64,000 nucleotides of DNA from Raillietiella orientalis (Eukaryota). Below the pieces are notes generated by a model. The model was not told the origin of the DNA. It searched no databases and saw nothing but the letters and a program-made list of their open reading frames with translations. The number at the start of each line of letters is the position of its first letter. Within the stretch, counting starts at the first letter, position 1. The position numbers and the translations under genes were made by a program. The DNA lies in NCBI GenBank assembly GCA_036172245.1, contig JAYWIR010000009.1, forward strand, positions 2,976,001 through 3,040,000, read 5' to 3'. Of the stretch, positions 1-13,379 are shown in pieces.

Positions 1-1109
1 GGGCCAGCACACGTTGGTTCTTCATGAATTTCATTTATGCTTGTTTTTAAAACAAGTGACCCGAGCCCATAGCAGGGTCTCCGAGAGAGCAGCGCTTACT
101 AGAAGCAGCATGGACTGGGTGTCATGGGGTCCTTCGCATCCTCAGTCAACGTGAAAGTGCTCCGACCTCTGCAGACATCCCACTCTCCGATGAGCGTCTG
201 GTTCCTTCAAGCAAGAGCTCACGGAGCTGCATGCAGATGGGGGAGAGGAATTTCTCCGCATCGTGGGCATCCTCTGTACGTACGAGGAGGGAAAGAAGGA
301 GGGAGGGAAGGCGACCGCATGTGCAGGAGGCATGCAGAGAGCCCCCGCAGCGCGCGATGAGCCACTGCACGATCGGCAGCGGCTCGCAAACGCCACTACG
401 AGGCGGTGCAGGCGCGCAGGAGAACGGCGGTGGCACTCCGGGGACGAAAAGGCTGCCATGCAGCTAGACTACCCCCCGTAGAGGGCTCTGGACTCCGACT
501 AGACCTGGCACCACAGGGAAAAAAGCCAGTGGCGGCACCCGACGTCGCCCGTCCCTCCCCCAGGGACGTGGCCAAACGCCTTTTCCAACTCGAGATACCG
601 CGCGGCCAGCCTAGTCGTCAGCAGCCACTTCGCGCTTTCCCGGGGTTGTGGCGGCCGACGAAAGAGGCCGCAGCGAAATCAGGGATGCTGTTCGCTCTCC
701 TCCATCCGCTTCCTGAGGATGACAACAAGGTGGTTCCAAGGTCAGGTGGAAAGGCGGAAGGTCCGCTGATCCTTGAAAGTATCAGAGAACGCCGGACAAC
801 AGTCGGTGGTCCCCATCCGCACACTCGAGGTTTCCCATTTATTTTCAGTTTGTCTTCCTCCTCCTCTCTCTTGCCAAAGTGAACCTCGCCAGTCTGCGCA
901 TCGGCATCATGGCAAGTTTCAAGTTTATTTGAACGTGGCAGGACCCCCACATTTCCATCAGTGGAACTTGGAAAGAGGAAGAATGGGCAACGCCACCGAT
1001 GATCATTCTTCGCTCCTCCCCCCAGGTGCTAATTCGGGCCGCAGCTTTTGTTTTTGGACCGATAGCATTTTCGTACTCCGCACGTTTGTTTGTGTATTTA
1101 CATAAAATA

Positions 1110-2816
1110 GGTACCCTCCGTGACCGGGTCAAGTGGCATCCGATACCGAAGGTGCACTCTGAATGCTGGCCTGACCTTGGGCTTCACGCTCTGGGGGCAA
1201 AGAGAGGTCACGCGTCCAGGTCGGAAGACCTGGTGGTCCCGCGTCGGGGTGGCAGTCTTGGTGTCCCGACTCTTGGACGAGTGGAGCATCAGTCCCACCG
1301 AAGACCTGCCCCAGAGGTGATGCCATGGGATAGCCTCGTGGAATGTAGCGCCTCCTCCCCTCCGAGGGAGCGACCAGCTACGAGACGGACCGACGTGGCT
1401 CTTCCTCAGCAGCCACCACACGCTCCCCACTGCGAAGGGAGGGAGGGTATTAGCTTCGGTTGCCCTGGTAAAGGAACTTCTGGAGGAACTTCTGGACCCC
1501 CTACCACTCCGCGAGCTGCAGTGTCCGGTTTCAGGGAACAGTCGGCGTCCGAAGAGCAGCCGGGGCAACGCGCGCGGCCTGCATCCATTCCAGGAACGCT
1601 CTTCGTCCGTCTCAGGAGACCCCGATGACTTCGGGAACCCCTAAAAGGAAGTCCTGGGCAGTGGCACACCACCAGCAAGGTGATATGCGACCTATACCCT
1701 TTTGGCAGACACGATCCGAATGTCCCATCCAAGCGGGTGTTCCGCTGGCCAGAGCATCCGGGCATCCCGCTCGAGGTGCTTCGATTGCCTGAGGGATATC
1801 CCTCCCCCTTTCTCAAAGCTGCAGGATTCTGATGTTGCGTATAGTCTGATGTACCCAGAGAGACCTGGAAGTGGATGTTCTAGAGGCCAGTAATGACTAT
1901 GCGCGACGGCGAACAGTTTCCATTCAATGGCGACTCCCACAAGATGCGACTGTTTCGCTACGCGCAAACCATGAATGGAAGATTCACCAGCAGAACGCGA
2001 GAAATTTGGAAGCACCAGACATCCAAATCTTGGATCCTGATCAACAAAGCCAACATCCGCGACGCAATGAAGCAACACTACTAGGAAAAAGACGTCTTCG
2101 CCATGGCTGCCAACCTCTACGGGACACGGATGGTGGACCTGCATGAGACTGGAACTACAGTCTTTGAGGGCGACCTGCCACCAGATACTCAAGACAACCG
2201 CCTCCTGTTCTACCATGGAGGCGTTCTGAGTAGGGACAGGATAGCACACTGGACCGGTAACATCGACGACGAGCTCTGCAAGGCGTGTGGTAGCAAGTAA
2301 ACCCAGCTCCACGTCTTCATCTGCCCAATGCTGCGCCAGGACTGGAGCATGCTGAAGGGGATGATTGGCCTGCAGAGGACCTCAAGAGTGAACATCCTAG
2401 AAAGAGTGTTCGACGGGAACGCCTATGTCCCACGATACAATATCATGGCACGGACCACCATCTCCCTCTTCATCAAGGCCGTCGCGATAAGAAGGACGAA
2501 GATGAGGAATACGGAGATCACAGCCCCCACCATGAACATCTTCCAAGGACTCATCAAACGAGAGATTGGGATCATGAATTGCGGAAGGAAACCCGCCTGG
2601 ATGTACCGCTACATCTTGCAGGAGATCGAGGACGTGACCCGAGGGAGTATACCGCCCTCCATCCCTCAGTGACCTATTCCGAGGAAACCACCTGATCGTG
2701 ACGTTGCAGACGCTACGTGCGGAAAAATTGAACTGTGGGAATCCACGGAGGTGACGGAAGTGCATGAGTGCTAGTTATTGTTGTTCCCATTGGGACATTG
2801 GTTGTTGACCAATAAA
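1110..2816 (+). mobile_element. Decayed 3' portion of a non-LTR retrotransposon (L1/Tx1-like) ORF2, from the RT thumb to the C-terminal zinc-binding domain, plus 3' UTR
   Basis: One reading frame (999-2672) is broken by in-frame stops. It carries DLVVPRRGGSLGVPTL (like the L..P...GGLG+P.L thumb motif) and LFYHGGVLSRDRIAHW..LCKACGSK*TQLHVFICP..W (like zf-RVT CxxC..H...C). AATAAA lies at 2811-2816. Confidence 0.75.
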
Positions 2817-4399
2817 CTCACCCCACAGCTTGTGGAAATGGGGAAATTCTGATGTGCTGGGGTCTTCCACCACTGGACCTTCACGCCTCCACCACTGGAC
2901 CAGGGGGGGAGGAGGAGGGACTCGAATTGCCACAGGCGCGGGGAGAGGGAGAAAGACCTCCCCCCGCACCTGCTCATGAGCTGCGTTGCTCCCTTCGGGC
3001 GCGTTTCGGGATGGCCCTACGGACCTTGGACGGCAGCACCAGGAGCATAATGAAACGCGTCTTAGTGCGCTCTGCCCGCCATCAGCCGCATCTTCAGCAG
3101 CTCTTGGCTGCCTCCGCGGGATGGTGCCATCGGAGACCAGCTTTAGAAGAGACCGGAACGCAGGGGACGCCGTCCACGAAGGTCGCCACGAGATGGCCAC
3201 ACTCACCGGGTGGTCAAACGTGACACTTCCGAACGAGGGGCGTGACCTCATACTCTGGCCGCAGCTCCCGCCGTGGTCGATGAGGCCGGCACCGAACGTG
3301 GCTCCTCCACCTTCGTGTGGGCACCGTCGATGGGCAGCAGTTCCTACCCCGCGGGCACATGGATCCCTGAGCCGGGACAACCTCCTGCATCCCTCTTCCT
3401 CAAGTGGGGACCTGTTGGTTCCCCTAGGTTGGTTCCTGGTTGGTCCCCCACGGACAGGGGGATGGCGCCTGTGTGAGCTGCGGGTCCTTTTCCGCACCGA
3501 GGCGGCAGCCTTTCGTAGGGGCCGGGACTCCCGGAGGAACACCTTTGAGGACCCACTTCCTCTGTCCCCGCACTGCCATCTTGCCCTGCAGCCACAAATA
3601 CACCGAGACTGCTCATCCCCTGCAGTGGAGCCGCGTCTTCCATTGGCGCGAGGTCACCTTTCCCCTTTGACCGTCTCTTCCGCCCCAGAAGGCGGCAGAC
3701 TGTTTCACCTGACCCCAGCAGAGAGGAAGGGTGAGAAGAATTATGTGGCACGCATTAGAGGGCATGGGACCAACCTCTCTTCTTTATTGAATTTTTATTT
3801 ATCCGCTGCTCCTCATCCCCGTCATCCCAGGCCTCTCTCTCTGGACCAAGAGCGTCTCTGCCCCTCCTACTTCCCCGTTCCTCCTCCTCGTAATCGTCAC
3901 CATCATCCATTCGTCTTCCTTCTCTTTCTCCTCCCTTACTCCTCCTCTCCCGCTTTCCGGTGGCACCGAAACGGCCTGTATGAAAGCGTTTCAAACCATC
4001 CCAGGGCGTCGGTTCTTCCAAAACCTCTTGAGGCTCCCGCCTGCTCCCACCTGGTCGCATGGGGAGACTTGCAAAGTGACCCGCAGCGCTCCGGAGAGTC
4101 CGCGAAGGACTGGTGCGTGATCTCTCTCTTCCCTCCTTTCTTCCTTCGTCCTCCTCCTCTTCCCTTCCTCCATCCCTTCGTCCTCACCTCCGACTTCTCC
4201 AACCGCTTCCGCTGGACAGGTTCCGGTGCGTAACTGAGGGCGATGCGCGTGACGCCGCTGCTGGACGAAGACGCTTGTGGAGTGGGGGGAGGAAAAAAGA
4301 AAGAGACCCGGGTCTTTCCCTCACCTTCACCCCTGGATCCCGTTTGTGCTCCTCACCCAGCCCTTCCTCATTCCTTTCCCGTGTCCGGGAGAGAGGCTG

Positions 4400-4567
4400 C
4401 CGCGAGTTCCCATCTTGCTTGACTGCCGCCAGCTCTCCTGGATCGCCGTCAGGTTTATTGAAACCCGATCGCAGCGACATGCAGCGGAGAGTGGCGGTCA
4501 ATTATTGATTCTCAACGGAGCAGATGAGCATCCTAAAGACTTGATCCGATCGCAGTTATTCGGATGA
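4400..4567 (+). mobile_element. pogo/Tigger-type DDE transposase relic
   Basis: WIAVRFIE...GQLLILNGADEHPKDL resembles the DDE_1 segment W....F+......LL+LDN...HP..L. The catalytic Asp is not intact and only a fragment remains. Confidence 0.5.
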
Positions 4568-6929
4568 GGGGCCGGGAAGTGGGCGGTAGCCCCCCGCTGC
4601 TCCTCTTCTCCCGAGGCGGGGAGGCATCGGAAATCGCGCACTTTCTGCTGCCTCCTCCGGCAGAATTCGATCGGCGCCGGCGCAGCCATCACCAGGAGGC
4701 GAGGAGGAAGCCGGAAAGGGAAGGAGCAGGGGTGACGCCCCACCTCTGCGCCCCCACCGCTGCGCTCCCGAAACGCCCTCCGCCTGATCACGCCGCCCAG
4801 CTGGACACGGGCACAGGTCCTGCATCTTGGCGGCGGGCGGAGGGGTCGTTCGCGTCGAGCGCACCCACTCGAGCCGGGGTTGTCCACCGTGGTGGTCCAT
4901 CAAGCGGACAGAGCAAGTCGAAACCTCATCGGAAGCGCAAGGAACGGCGCAGCGAACTTCGGCTTCTCAACGAATGCAGCCTCCCTCGCGAACGTCGTCA
5001 CGGAACCTCCGTGTGCAGCTTGCAGTCCGCCAATTTGTCGACCCTCTGCCACGTAGGCAGGTCTTCCAGCTGAAGTCTTAAATTACCTATCGGAGAGTGC
5101 AGAACGTATTCCAGGGAGGAAGGAGGACGGAACGTCGATCCTGCCGAGCGGCACGAAAAATCCTGCAGCCCTTGCGATCGATGAAAGCACTTGACCACAT
5201 TTAATTCCCCCCCCCCTTCCTCCCCTTGGCGCATTGGTATTTTTTTTTTTTTTTTTTGAGGGGGGGGGGGGTACACGCCGTAGATTTACGGCTCTTCTTG
5301 AAAAATTTAAAATAAATCATTCCTGCCCCCCTCCCCTCCCTACCTTGGAGTGAGGCGCGCGAGACACTTCCGAAGATAAATTTCCCGCAAGCAACTCTGC
5401 AGCGCAAAATGCACGAGAAGGCGCATAAGGTTGCTCGGCGGAAAAAAGTCCAAAGGACGTTCGTAGCAAAACGGCAGCCATCTATCAGTCTGAGAACTGG
5501 CGATTCAGCACGGCGGGCAGAAGTTTCGTTGGGTCCTCTCGCGTCCGTCTGGACCTCACCGTACGGGGCCTCCGCTTTTTTCCTTTCCCTTGCTTCCCCC
5601 CTCCCCCCCTCTTCGCTCCGTGTCGGTCCCCGTAGCTGCAGCTCCCGGCGCTTCTGGCTGGTGCCAAAAAGGTAAGCTGCGCGCGGACCGGCAAGCGCCA
5701 GAATTAAATCGGAAGAACGCACGCCGCGCGCGCTTTTGTTTGGCATCCGTGAGACACATCCCTGACAAATGGGCCCACAAACTTGTCAGAGTCGCCGAGA
5801 CGACTCCTACTTTGCATAAAGGATGCCTACACGCTGCGGCAGTTTCCGAGCTGCCTCAATTACAGTCTCACGGACTGGTCAAAACGCTGTTACTGTCTCC
5901 GACGGGTAAAGTGATGACCTTTTTTCTAAGCCGAGGGGCACAGGGCTGTTGTGGTCGCTGTCATCGTTCTGTACTGTTGCTGTCGTCGTTGCCATCGCTG
6001 TTCATCATTTCGGATAAACGTCACGGGAAGACGCGCTTCCGGTCCGAGCAGAGGACCTGGGCGCCTCCAAACCGTCTTTCGCCAAGGCAGGCGCGGCGCC
6101 ACGCCCGCTGCCTCCGCTTCCAGCCCTGCCGCCGACTCCAGACTTCGACGCCGGTGACCCTGAGGATTCCCTGAACTCCCGACTCGGAAGAGCACTCGGG
6201 AACGGCCCCCCCGTTCCTCGCGTGCGTGGAGGAGTGGCAAGCCTGGGAGCGATGCTTCGTCTTTCCTGGGGACCTCTTCTTCCGCGTGCCTGGTAGCGGA
6301 CGGACGCCCAGCCCTGCAGGGCCGGAAACCAGAAAACCAGAATGTCGAACCAGAAGAAAAACGTTGCCGGCAGCCAGATGGGTATCCACGTCAGGTACAT
6401 ATGGAAAATGCAATTTGTCTTCTGGTTTTCCGATACGGTTTCTTTGAGGTTACGACATGCAAGGGGTGAGCATACTTAGCGCTCTCAAAAAAATACTCCC
6501 ACGCGCATGAGGAAAGAAGCACTTATTTATTGAGCCGAAATTCATTAATCTTGAAGGCACAAAAACAAAAGTAGGGGGGGGGGGAGGGAGGGAACACTAC
6601 GCCGTGCCTACCTCTGCAAAAGATAAAAAAAAAAAAAAAAAAGGCACTGCGTAGGCTCAGAGCGCGCTGTGCCTACGCGGTCTGAGACCACAGCCCGCGT
6701 TCTTGCGGGCTTTTTCTCACGAACATCCATAACTTTCTCTGCACTTAAATCGCTTCCTCAAGCTGACTGACAGCTTTCCCATTTAACTTAATAACATTAT
6801 AAATAGTTGCCGTAACTCTTTGAGCAGCAATTCGGAATGAAAACGCAAAAAAAGAAAGAAGGAGAGAAAATTCCTGGGATTTATTAGGTCCAGCGAGCAC
6901 TGATAAAATCGGATTGTCTTTCGGATCGT

Positions 6930-7340
6930 CCGAGAGAGCGTTCGAAAGCCGCGGATGCCTCGAGGATGGGTTTCGTACGCGTGCTTTCGCCACCTACGAA
7001 GGACCGGCAGCTCGCATGGAAGACCCACGGGAAACGAAGAAAACGAGACGCTGGAGGGAGGAGTGAGAAGCGGGTAGACACGACGGATCACAGGGTCAAA
7101 TTGTGGGAGAAGGGGGAAAAACGAGGCTCCCAGCTCCAGGATGATGGATTCGAGAAGCCGAAACCGGAAATCTCGCATCCACGCGGAGCGGTCGTGCCAC
7201 TCGAGACGAGAACGCGAGCACCAAGGTGGAACAGCTACGTATCCCAGAATTCACAAAGGACGAAGAACGCTTCGGAGAAAACCAGCAACACATCCATCTC
7301 CTGCTTGAAGGTGGAAGTTTGGGAGTTGCGCAGGTTTGGG
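6930..7340 (+). mobile_element. hAT transposase relic
   Basis: CFRHL (CxxH) at 6982, then RWNS at 7224 in a different frame, then LKVEVWEL (L..E.W.L). The motif order is typical of hAT transposases. Confidence 0.4.
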
Positions 7341-10300
7341 AAAAAAAAAAACTTTTACTCTAGAAAACTCCTCCGGGAGGTTCAGAAGGGGGCCTCCAGA
7401 TGCTTTGTTCCTGGCGACCACGGAAAAGAGAGTTCCTCCATCTGATCGGTGAGGCTGCTCTTTTGGACGCGGGACAGACAATATCGTCGAAAACGAGAAC
7501 AGAGCACTCTCTGGTCATCCCGATTTGGCCTTTCTTTTCCTAACTTTCCTTTTCGATGACAGAATTGCTATCCGGCCGCAAAATGGAATGGTTTCCATGG
7601 TTTCCGCCTTGGAAATTCACGTCGTGAGGGACAGTCCTTGAGGAAGAAAATTCCTACGCTTCCTAGAGAGCAGCTGAAAAGCCGTATTCAAGCACTTTCG
7701 TGGCCCTGCCTCTTGCCATCAACAGTCCGGAGTAGTTGACGAAGCGTTACCATGGAAAAAGCTCCGCCACTGCTGACGAAGCGTTGCCACGAAAAACCCA
7801 CCATTGCTGTTGGCGCCTTGTATGCCAAAGCCACTTGGCCCGAAGAGTAGCCTAGCAACCCTAACGAAAGTCTCCAGAAAGGCCTTGCATTGCAGACCCG
7901 CACATCGAGTCACCCGGAAGGAAGCTCGAGACGATTCTGCCCTAGGGCCGGGTTATGAGGCATCAGGGGAGCTCTGGTGGCCCTGGGAACAGCGACGAAG
8001 ACCACGGTCACTGCAACGTCCCGAAGGCGCAGCAGTCACTTCTGAGCGACATTCTGGAGATGGTAAGCGCTCCCCCTTCGGTCTCTAGAAGTCCCGGGGG
8101 CAGACGGTTGGGCAGCCTTCGCGGGATGGAAAGGAGATTGGCTCTCCACTCCCTTTTTTCTCTTTCCCGAAAGTTTTTCCCTCCTTCTCACAGCAGAAAT
8201 GCGTCGGTGCCGTCCATCCGTTCCTCTCCTCCTCAGATATTCCTTCTCCATCCAGGGCGCGCTCAACTGCTGTGATCCTCGAGTCGTCTCCCTAGGATTT
8301 CACATCAGCCCGAGGAGAGCGAGGACTGCTGGTGTCCCACCCGGAAGGCGTGACGAACGGCTCGTGCATTTGCGTGTACGTGCGCAGGTTTCCGGCGACC
8401 TCCGTGCAGTTGAGAGCACGTACATGTGCTGCGTGTGCTTCTACTGCTCTTACATGTACGCGCGGGTACACGAATGAGGGAGCTCAGATGATCCTGCACT
8501 CCTCTCTCGGAGGTTCCGCTCTTCCGAAGAGAAAGCAGCACCAAACCTGCGGACCTCCGCGAGACGTTCGACCAGCGGAGCAGGCGGTTGCTGCTGCTCC
8601 TCCAAGCCACAGCAACCGACTCGTCCTCGCACCTGGCGTGGCGCGCTTCTCAGGAGGCCACAGTCCGAGCTTTTCGTTTCTCTTCGTCCTGCACACGTAG
8701 ATGAGGGCAACGGGATGGGTGCCCATGCCCCAGATGACCGCCACACTTTCAACGACCAGCTAAGGACTAGTCGGAAAGGCCAACGTGGCGAGGATGTCAC
8801 GGCTCGTTCGCTCCCTGCCTCTTATCGCGTTTCCCCAGAAACGTGCGTCGCGTCTCTCTTCGTTCGGCCTGGTGCCTTGGCAACGGAAACCCGTTGGACA
8901 CCTCGTGGTGGAAGGACACACACACCCTTCCACTTTCCCGTTCGCGCTCTCCTCTCTGAGTGCCACGCAAGGGCTCTGGAGGACATTCGACCCTCTTCCT
9001 TTCTTCCCACCGGACCGTGGTTGCTGCTTCCTTCCCGCCCCCTCTACCCATGCAGTAACCTCCCTCCCTTCCTCTGCGCTCGGCCGAGGCCTGGAACCAG
9101 ACTCGGAGGGGGGATGGATGTGCCTTCGCAAGCCAGGAACGCAAGGCTCCCGGGATATAAGGAGAGACTGAGCTCCCGCTTACGTTCCTCCAGCTCTCGA
9201 GGATGCCCACAGGATCCGGCAACCGCGCCAACCAGCTGTCCTTTGGGAAGTGGGAACTTCCCAAAGGACAGCAGTCCTATCCAGTGTGCTTCCCTGCACG
9301 CGGATGGGAGCGCGAATGGAAGCGGGAGAAAGGCGGCGGCAGAGGTGCGGTACGCGAAGGTTCGGGGAGCTTGAAGGCGCGCGTACGGGGTCGGAGTGGG
9401 AGAGGGAGTAGGCGGAGAGCGATGAAAGGAAGGCATCTGCATCTGCTGAGCAGGGCGGCCGAAGAGACTTCCCTTGGCGAGGACTCTGAAACGCTCCCAG
9501 GCTCGTGACAGGCGTGGATGCGTGAGGAAACAAACGAGACTCGGATTCTCAAAAAGAAGCTGCTGAACCCGTCTCGGGTCGCCATTCAGACAGTCGGAGG
9601 GGGGATCAGTTCCTTCCCTCTGTGGAGGACAGCAAATCCCGAAACCAACCCGTTGCTAAGCAGCTGCCGAGGGAAGTGCAGGGATACCTTTCCTGGATGA
9701 CATCGCGAATCGCCTATTGCAGGCGATAGATGGGACGCGTCGTCTCAGAGCTGTCGAGTAAACGTGGGTTGTTTTAAGAATTCCCCTCCTTCCATTCTCT
9801 CTCTCTCCAAAAAGAGAAAGAGGTGAGTCAGCCCACACTCACCTGACAACTCCGGCGCCATGTATTACCATGGACACCGGTCGCGAGGCAGCGAACGATC
9901 CACACGCATTCCATGTTTTCTTTGGAGGTTTCGTCTGCCTGAGAGCAGGAAGAGAGACGTGCGTTGCGCCTCCTCCTTTCGAAGATTCCCACGCCTGAGC
10001 TCCTCTTGCGGAAGCGCCTGCACGCAGACCCTCGTACGACCTCGATGAGCAGAGTGAAGCGGAGCAGGGAGTGATTTCCACAACGCACCTCCGGGGCGAC
10101 AGAGCGTCTCCTTTCGCAGTCGATGTGGCCGTTCTTTTTGCCTCGAGGATCCCAAGACCCCGTCCGCTGCCCCGGCACCGATTATGCCGCGATGACCGTG
10201 CGGGAAGGGGAGAATTTTCACGGCCACTGGGGAACAAGTTGGGCGCGCGGAAACGCCCTGCGCGGCTGCACCCTTTCTGGCCCGACCCCGGGACCTCCGA

Positions 10301-10734
10301 GAGCCTTCGCGGCTCGCGATGAGGCCGGCCGGCGAGGGCGAAGCGATGAAACCGCTGCCAAGCCGAAGACCGGAAGAGCGAGGACCGTCCGGAGGTGCGG
10401 TCATAGAAGGAACCGAAGTGACAAAGAGGGCCGCCGAAGCAGTGGCGTTTCCCGCCCAGCCCTGCGACGTGACGCGCGCAGGGACCACCTGATCGCGGCG
10501 ATGATTGATGTTGCTTCGTCGGACGCCCTTCGTGAAAAGAATCCCCGAACGGGAGCTGCTTCTTGCTCATCTGCTTGCGGTCCCCGAGGTGCATGTGCAG
10601 CTCTCGGAAGGGGAAGACTCCCGAACGAAGGCACAGCCCGAAAGAATGCGACGTGCTGCCCTTCCCTTGTTGGCCTCTGCTCACAAAAAAGGGAACTCAC
10701 AAGAGGGGCACTCGAGTCGCCGCATCCGAAAAAG

Positions 10735-10860
10735 GGAAGACCCCGAGTGCTGCAGTTCACCCAAGACCGCAAGAGTTGACCAGGTCATGAGTTTGACCCC
10801 GCAGAAGAGCATGTCTGTCCAGGAAAAAATGCTATTTCGTCTTCCTGAAACATCACGACT
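10735..10860 (+). mobile_element. Possible hAT C-terminal dimerisation-domain relic
   Basis: PRRRACLSRKKCYFVFLKH resembles the ..RR..LS......+FLK.N ending of hAT dimerisation domains. The match is short and degenerate. Confidence 0.3.
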
Positions 10861-13379
10861 GTCCTCAGACTTGTGCTGCTCCTTCTCCAGACGAAAGAAA
10901 GACGGGGAAAAACAAAACAAAAAACACCGGAGGCTCATTCACAGGACGCGAAGCGCGCACATCCCTGAGCGCATTTTCTCCTCCCGCACCTCCGACCCTC
11001 CCCTACCCCCTGCCCGCCCCGGAGATGGCGGAAGGATCCCCAGCAGCGCGCCTCCCCTCTTCCTTGTCCTTCGAGTTCCCGGGAAGGATCGCTGGCAAGA
11101 CCCTAAACGAGGCGCGACCACGGCTCCAGGCAGATTTTCCATGTACCCAAATCCCGAGCATCTCTGCTGATGGGGAAACACCTCCGCCGATTCTCCCTCT
11201 GCCGTAACGTTCGCTTCTTCCTGCGTTCCCCTTCGTGCTCACAGAGGGTTTAACGAACACCTTGCCCCTCATGGGTTGCTGCCCATAGGAAGATCTGTGT
11301 CTGAAGTAGACGGAATGGAACAGCCGCTGCAGGAAGAGGCTGTTCTCCTAGGGATTGATAAACAGTTCTTCGTCACCTTGTGGGTTTCACTTAAGAACAA
11401 TGGTCACTGTTGGTACTCGCGCGCGCGGCCCTCAGGAACCGCTCACGCGCCCACGCAAGCCCAGAAACCTCAAACCCTCGGCTCTTGAGCCACAGCAAAC
11501 AAAGAAGCTCACCACTGTTGGGGCGAAGCCGGAGAGGTCCCCCACCACGGTTGACGAAACTTGGCCCGAGAAGTAGCCTAGCAGCCCTGACGAAAGTCTC
11601 CCAGAAAGGTCTCGTCGCACCGTGGGCGGTAGGAAACCGAGCCCGGTAGATTCGTCGGGACCACGGCCTCTCCAAAGTGCCAGGGCGCGGCTGTAATCCT
11701 GGACAAACCTGGAAGCACGCCGCGGAGATCCACCTTTTCTCTTAGTATAGTACGGCACGTACACGACACTACTGTACGGTACAGCATTCGTGCGGGGATG
11801 TGATCGACGACCTCTACAAACTGGTGTAGCGGCTATCGGTCGTTATGAGCTGAGCTGAGTGTTGGGTGTTGTGAGCTGCTGTAAGTTGTCGGCCAGCTTT
11901 GATTAAGTTGCCAGAGATTACGCGTTCTTATGAGCATCAGTTGCGCTTGCTCCGGATCCATCACGTGAGTCTCCGCTTCCGTAAGGAGGACTTCTCCGCG
12001 AGTCCTTCCGCCCTTCCTGTCTCTTGAGCCATGCTGCGATCTTATCGAGTACCGTCCCAGTCGTCGTGCTTCGCCCAAAGGTCGTTGAGTCAAGTAGGCA
12101 GCTTTGAAGAGAGATAGGGTCCACTTTCATGTTGTTGCTGGGTTTAGCAAGTGATGGCATTTTGCTGTGACGTGGGTGCGGCGATTGGCTTTAAACCGGC
12201 TCGCCACGAGCCTGGCTACGTTTTACCACAATGCCGGACTTAGAGGACGGGTGTGGAGGTTCAGTTCGCTCACTCTGTGTGTCCCTCCCACATCGCCTCG
12301 CGTGCCGTCCTGCAACGGACGGGATGGTCCCTGCCAAGTCGGTACCTCATGGAATGGCAGTCCAGCTCAGAGGCGGGAAAGGCATCCGCAGGAACCAAAC
12401 GGCAGAAAGTGCCTTTCTTGCCGAATCGGCTGGCTCTCCCATGACCGTTCGCCTCTCCGAAGAGATTCCCGGTTTTCCTGACCATACATCTCTCGAGGTG
12501 CCTCCCACAGCGGGGCTTTCGCCTCTGCCTATGTCCCATTCTGCAGGGGTTCTTGCATGCATGCGATGCAAGAACAGCAGCACACGACAGACTCTCGGCA
12601 ATCAACTTCTTTGTCCCCAGCGGATGGCGGCCTTTCGATTCCCTAAGGCCCACTACACCCATCTGGATGGCACACTTCTATCCTCGCCGAAAGGCCGAAC
12701 CCATCTGGATGCTTGGGCAAAAGAACGAGCATGGCGGCCTTCACGACCACATTCCTCCGCTGTCCCGTGCCGGCACTCAGGAGCAATTTTCCCGCAATTC
12801 TCGCCCACTGATGGAGTAACGTGACTTGAAATTTATCCCGGAAGTTTTTTTTTTTTTTTATGGGGATCGGACCTTGCCGGATAGAATTACCCTTCGTGTC
12901 CGGGAGTACACGTGCATGTCTTGCAATAGCAGCGGTCTTCTCGCAATTATCCCAGTAAAGTAGCGGCACAAACTAGGAAGCGAAATTTGCCCCATCGATC
13001 AAGTGGGACCTCGGGAACAGTTTTAGGGGAAGTTCGTGCCCGCGAAACAGTTTTTGTGAGCAAGCCTGAGGCGGAGATGTCCTTGCGATGAAAACTGCCG
13101 TGCGCCTGCGACCTGCAAAGAAGACAATGCCTCCGCGGAAGCAGGAAGAAGAGGAAGAGATCTTTTCTGGTGGCGCGTCGGGTCGCATAGCGCGGGGACT
13201 GGCTCTCCAGGAACGTGGCCGGTCCTCGCGCGACCCAGGGGGAAGAAGTTCGTTGCAAGGAACACCTCCGGTCCTCATAGTTTGTTATTTCCGGGGGGGG
13301 TCAACTGCAAAGGTCGCTCTCCAAAGCAAACTCGAGATGCTGTAATTCCTTGAAATCACCAAGTCCTCCAGAGTTTTTT

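Noticed and set aside
5204..5271. Adjacent homopolymer runs (also at 57797-57836 and 62810-62842)
   Set aside because: Common throughout the window, consistent with replication slippage, and run lengths may be unreliable in the assembly.
12167..12481. Possible APE endonuclease motifs (TFYH.. and WLSHDRSPL) upstream of the LINE fragment
   Set aside because: The spacing is much longer than expected and the SDH motif is scrambled.
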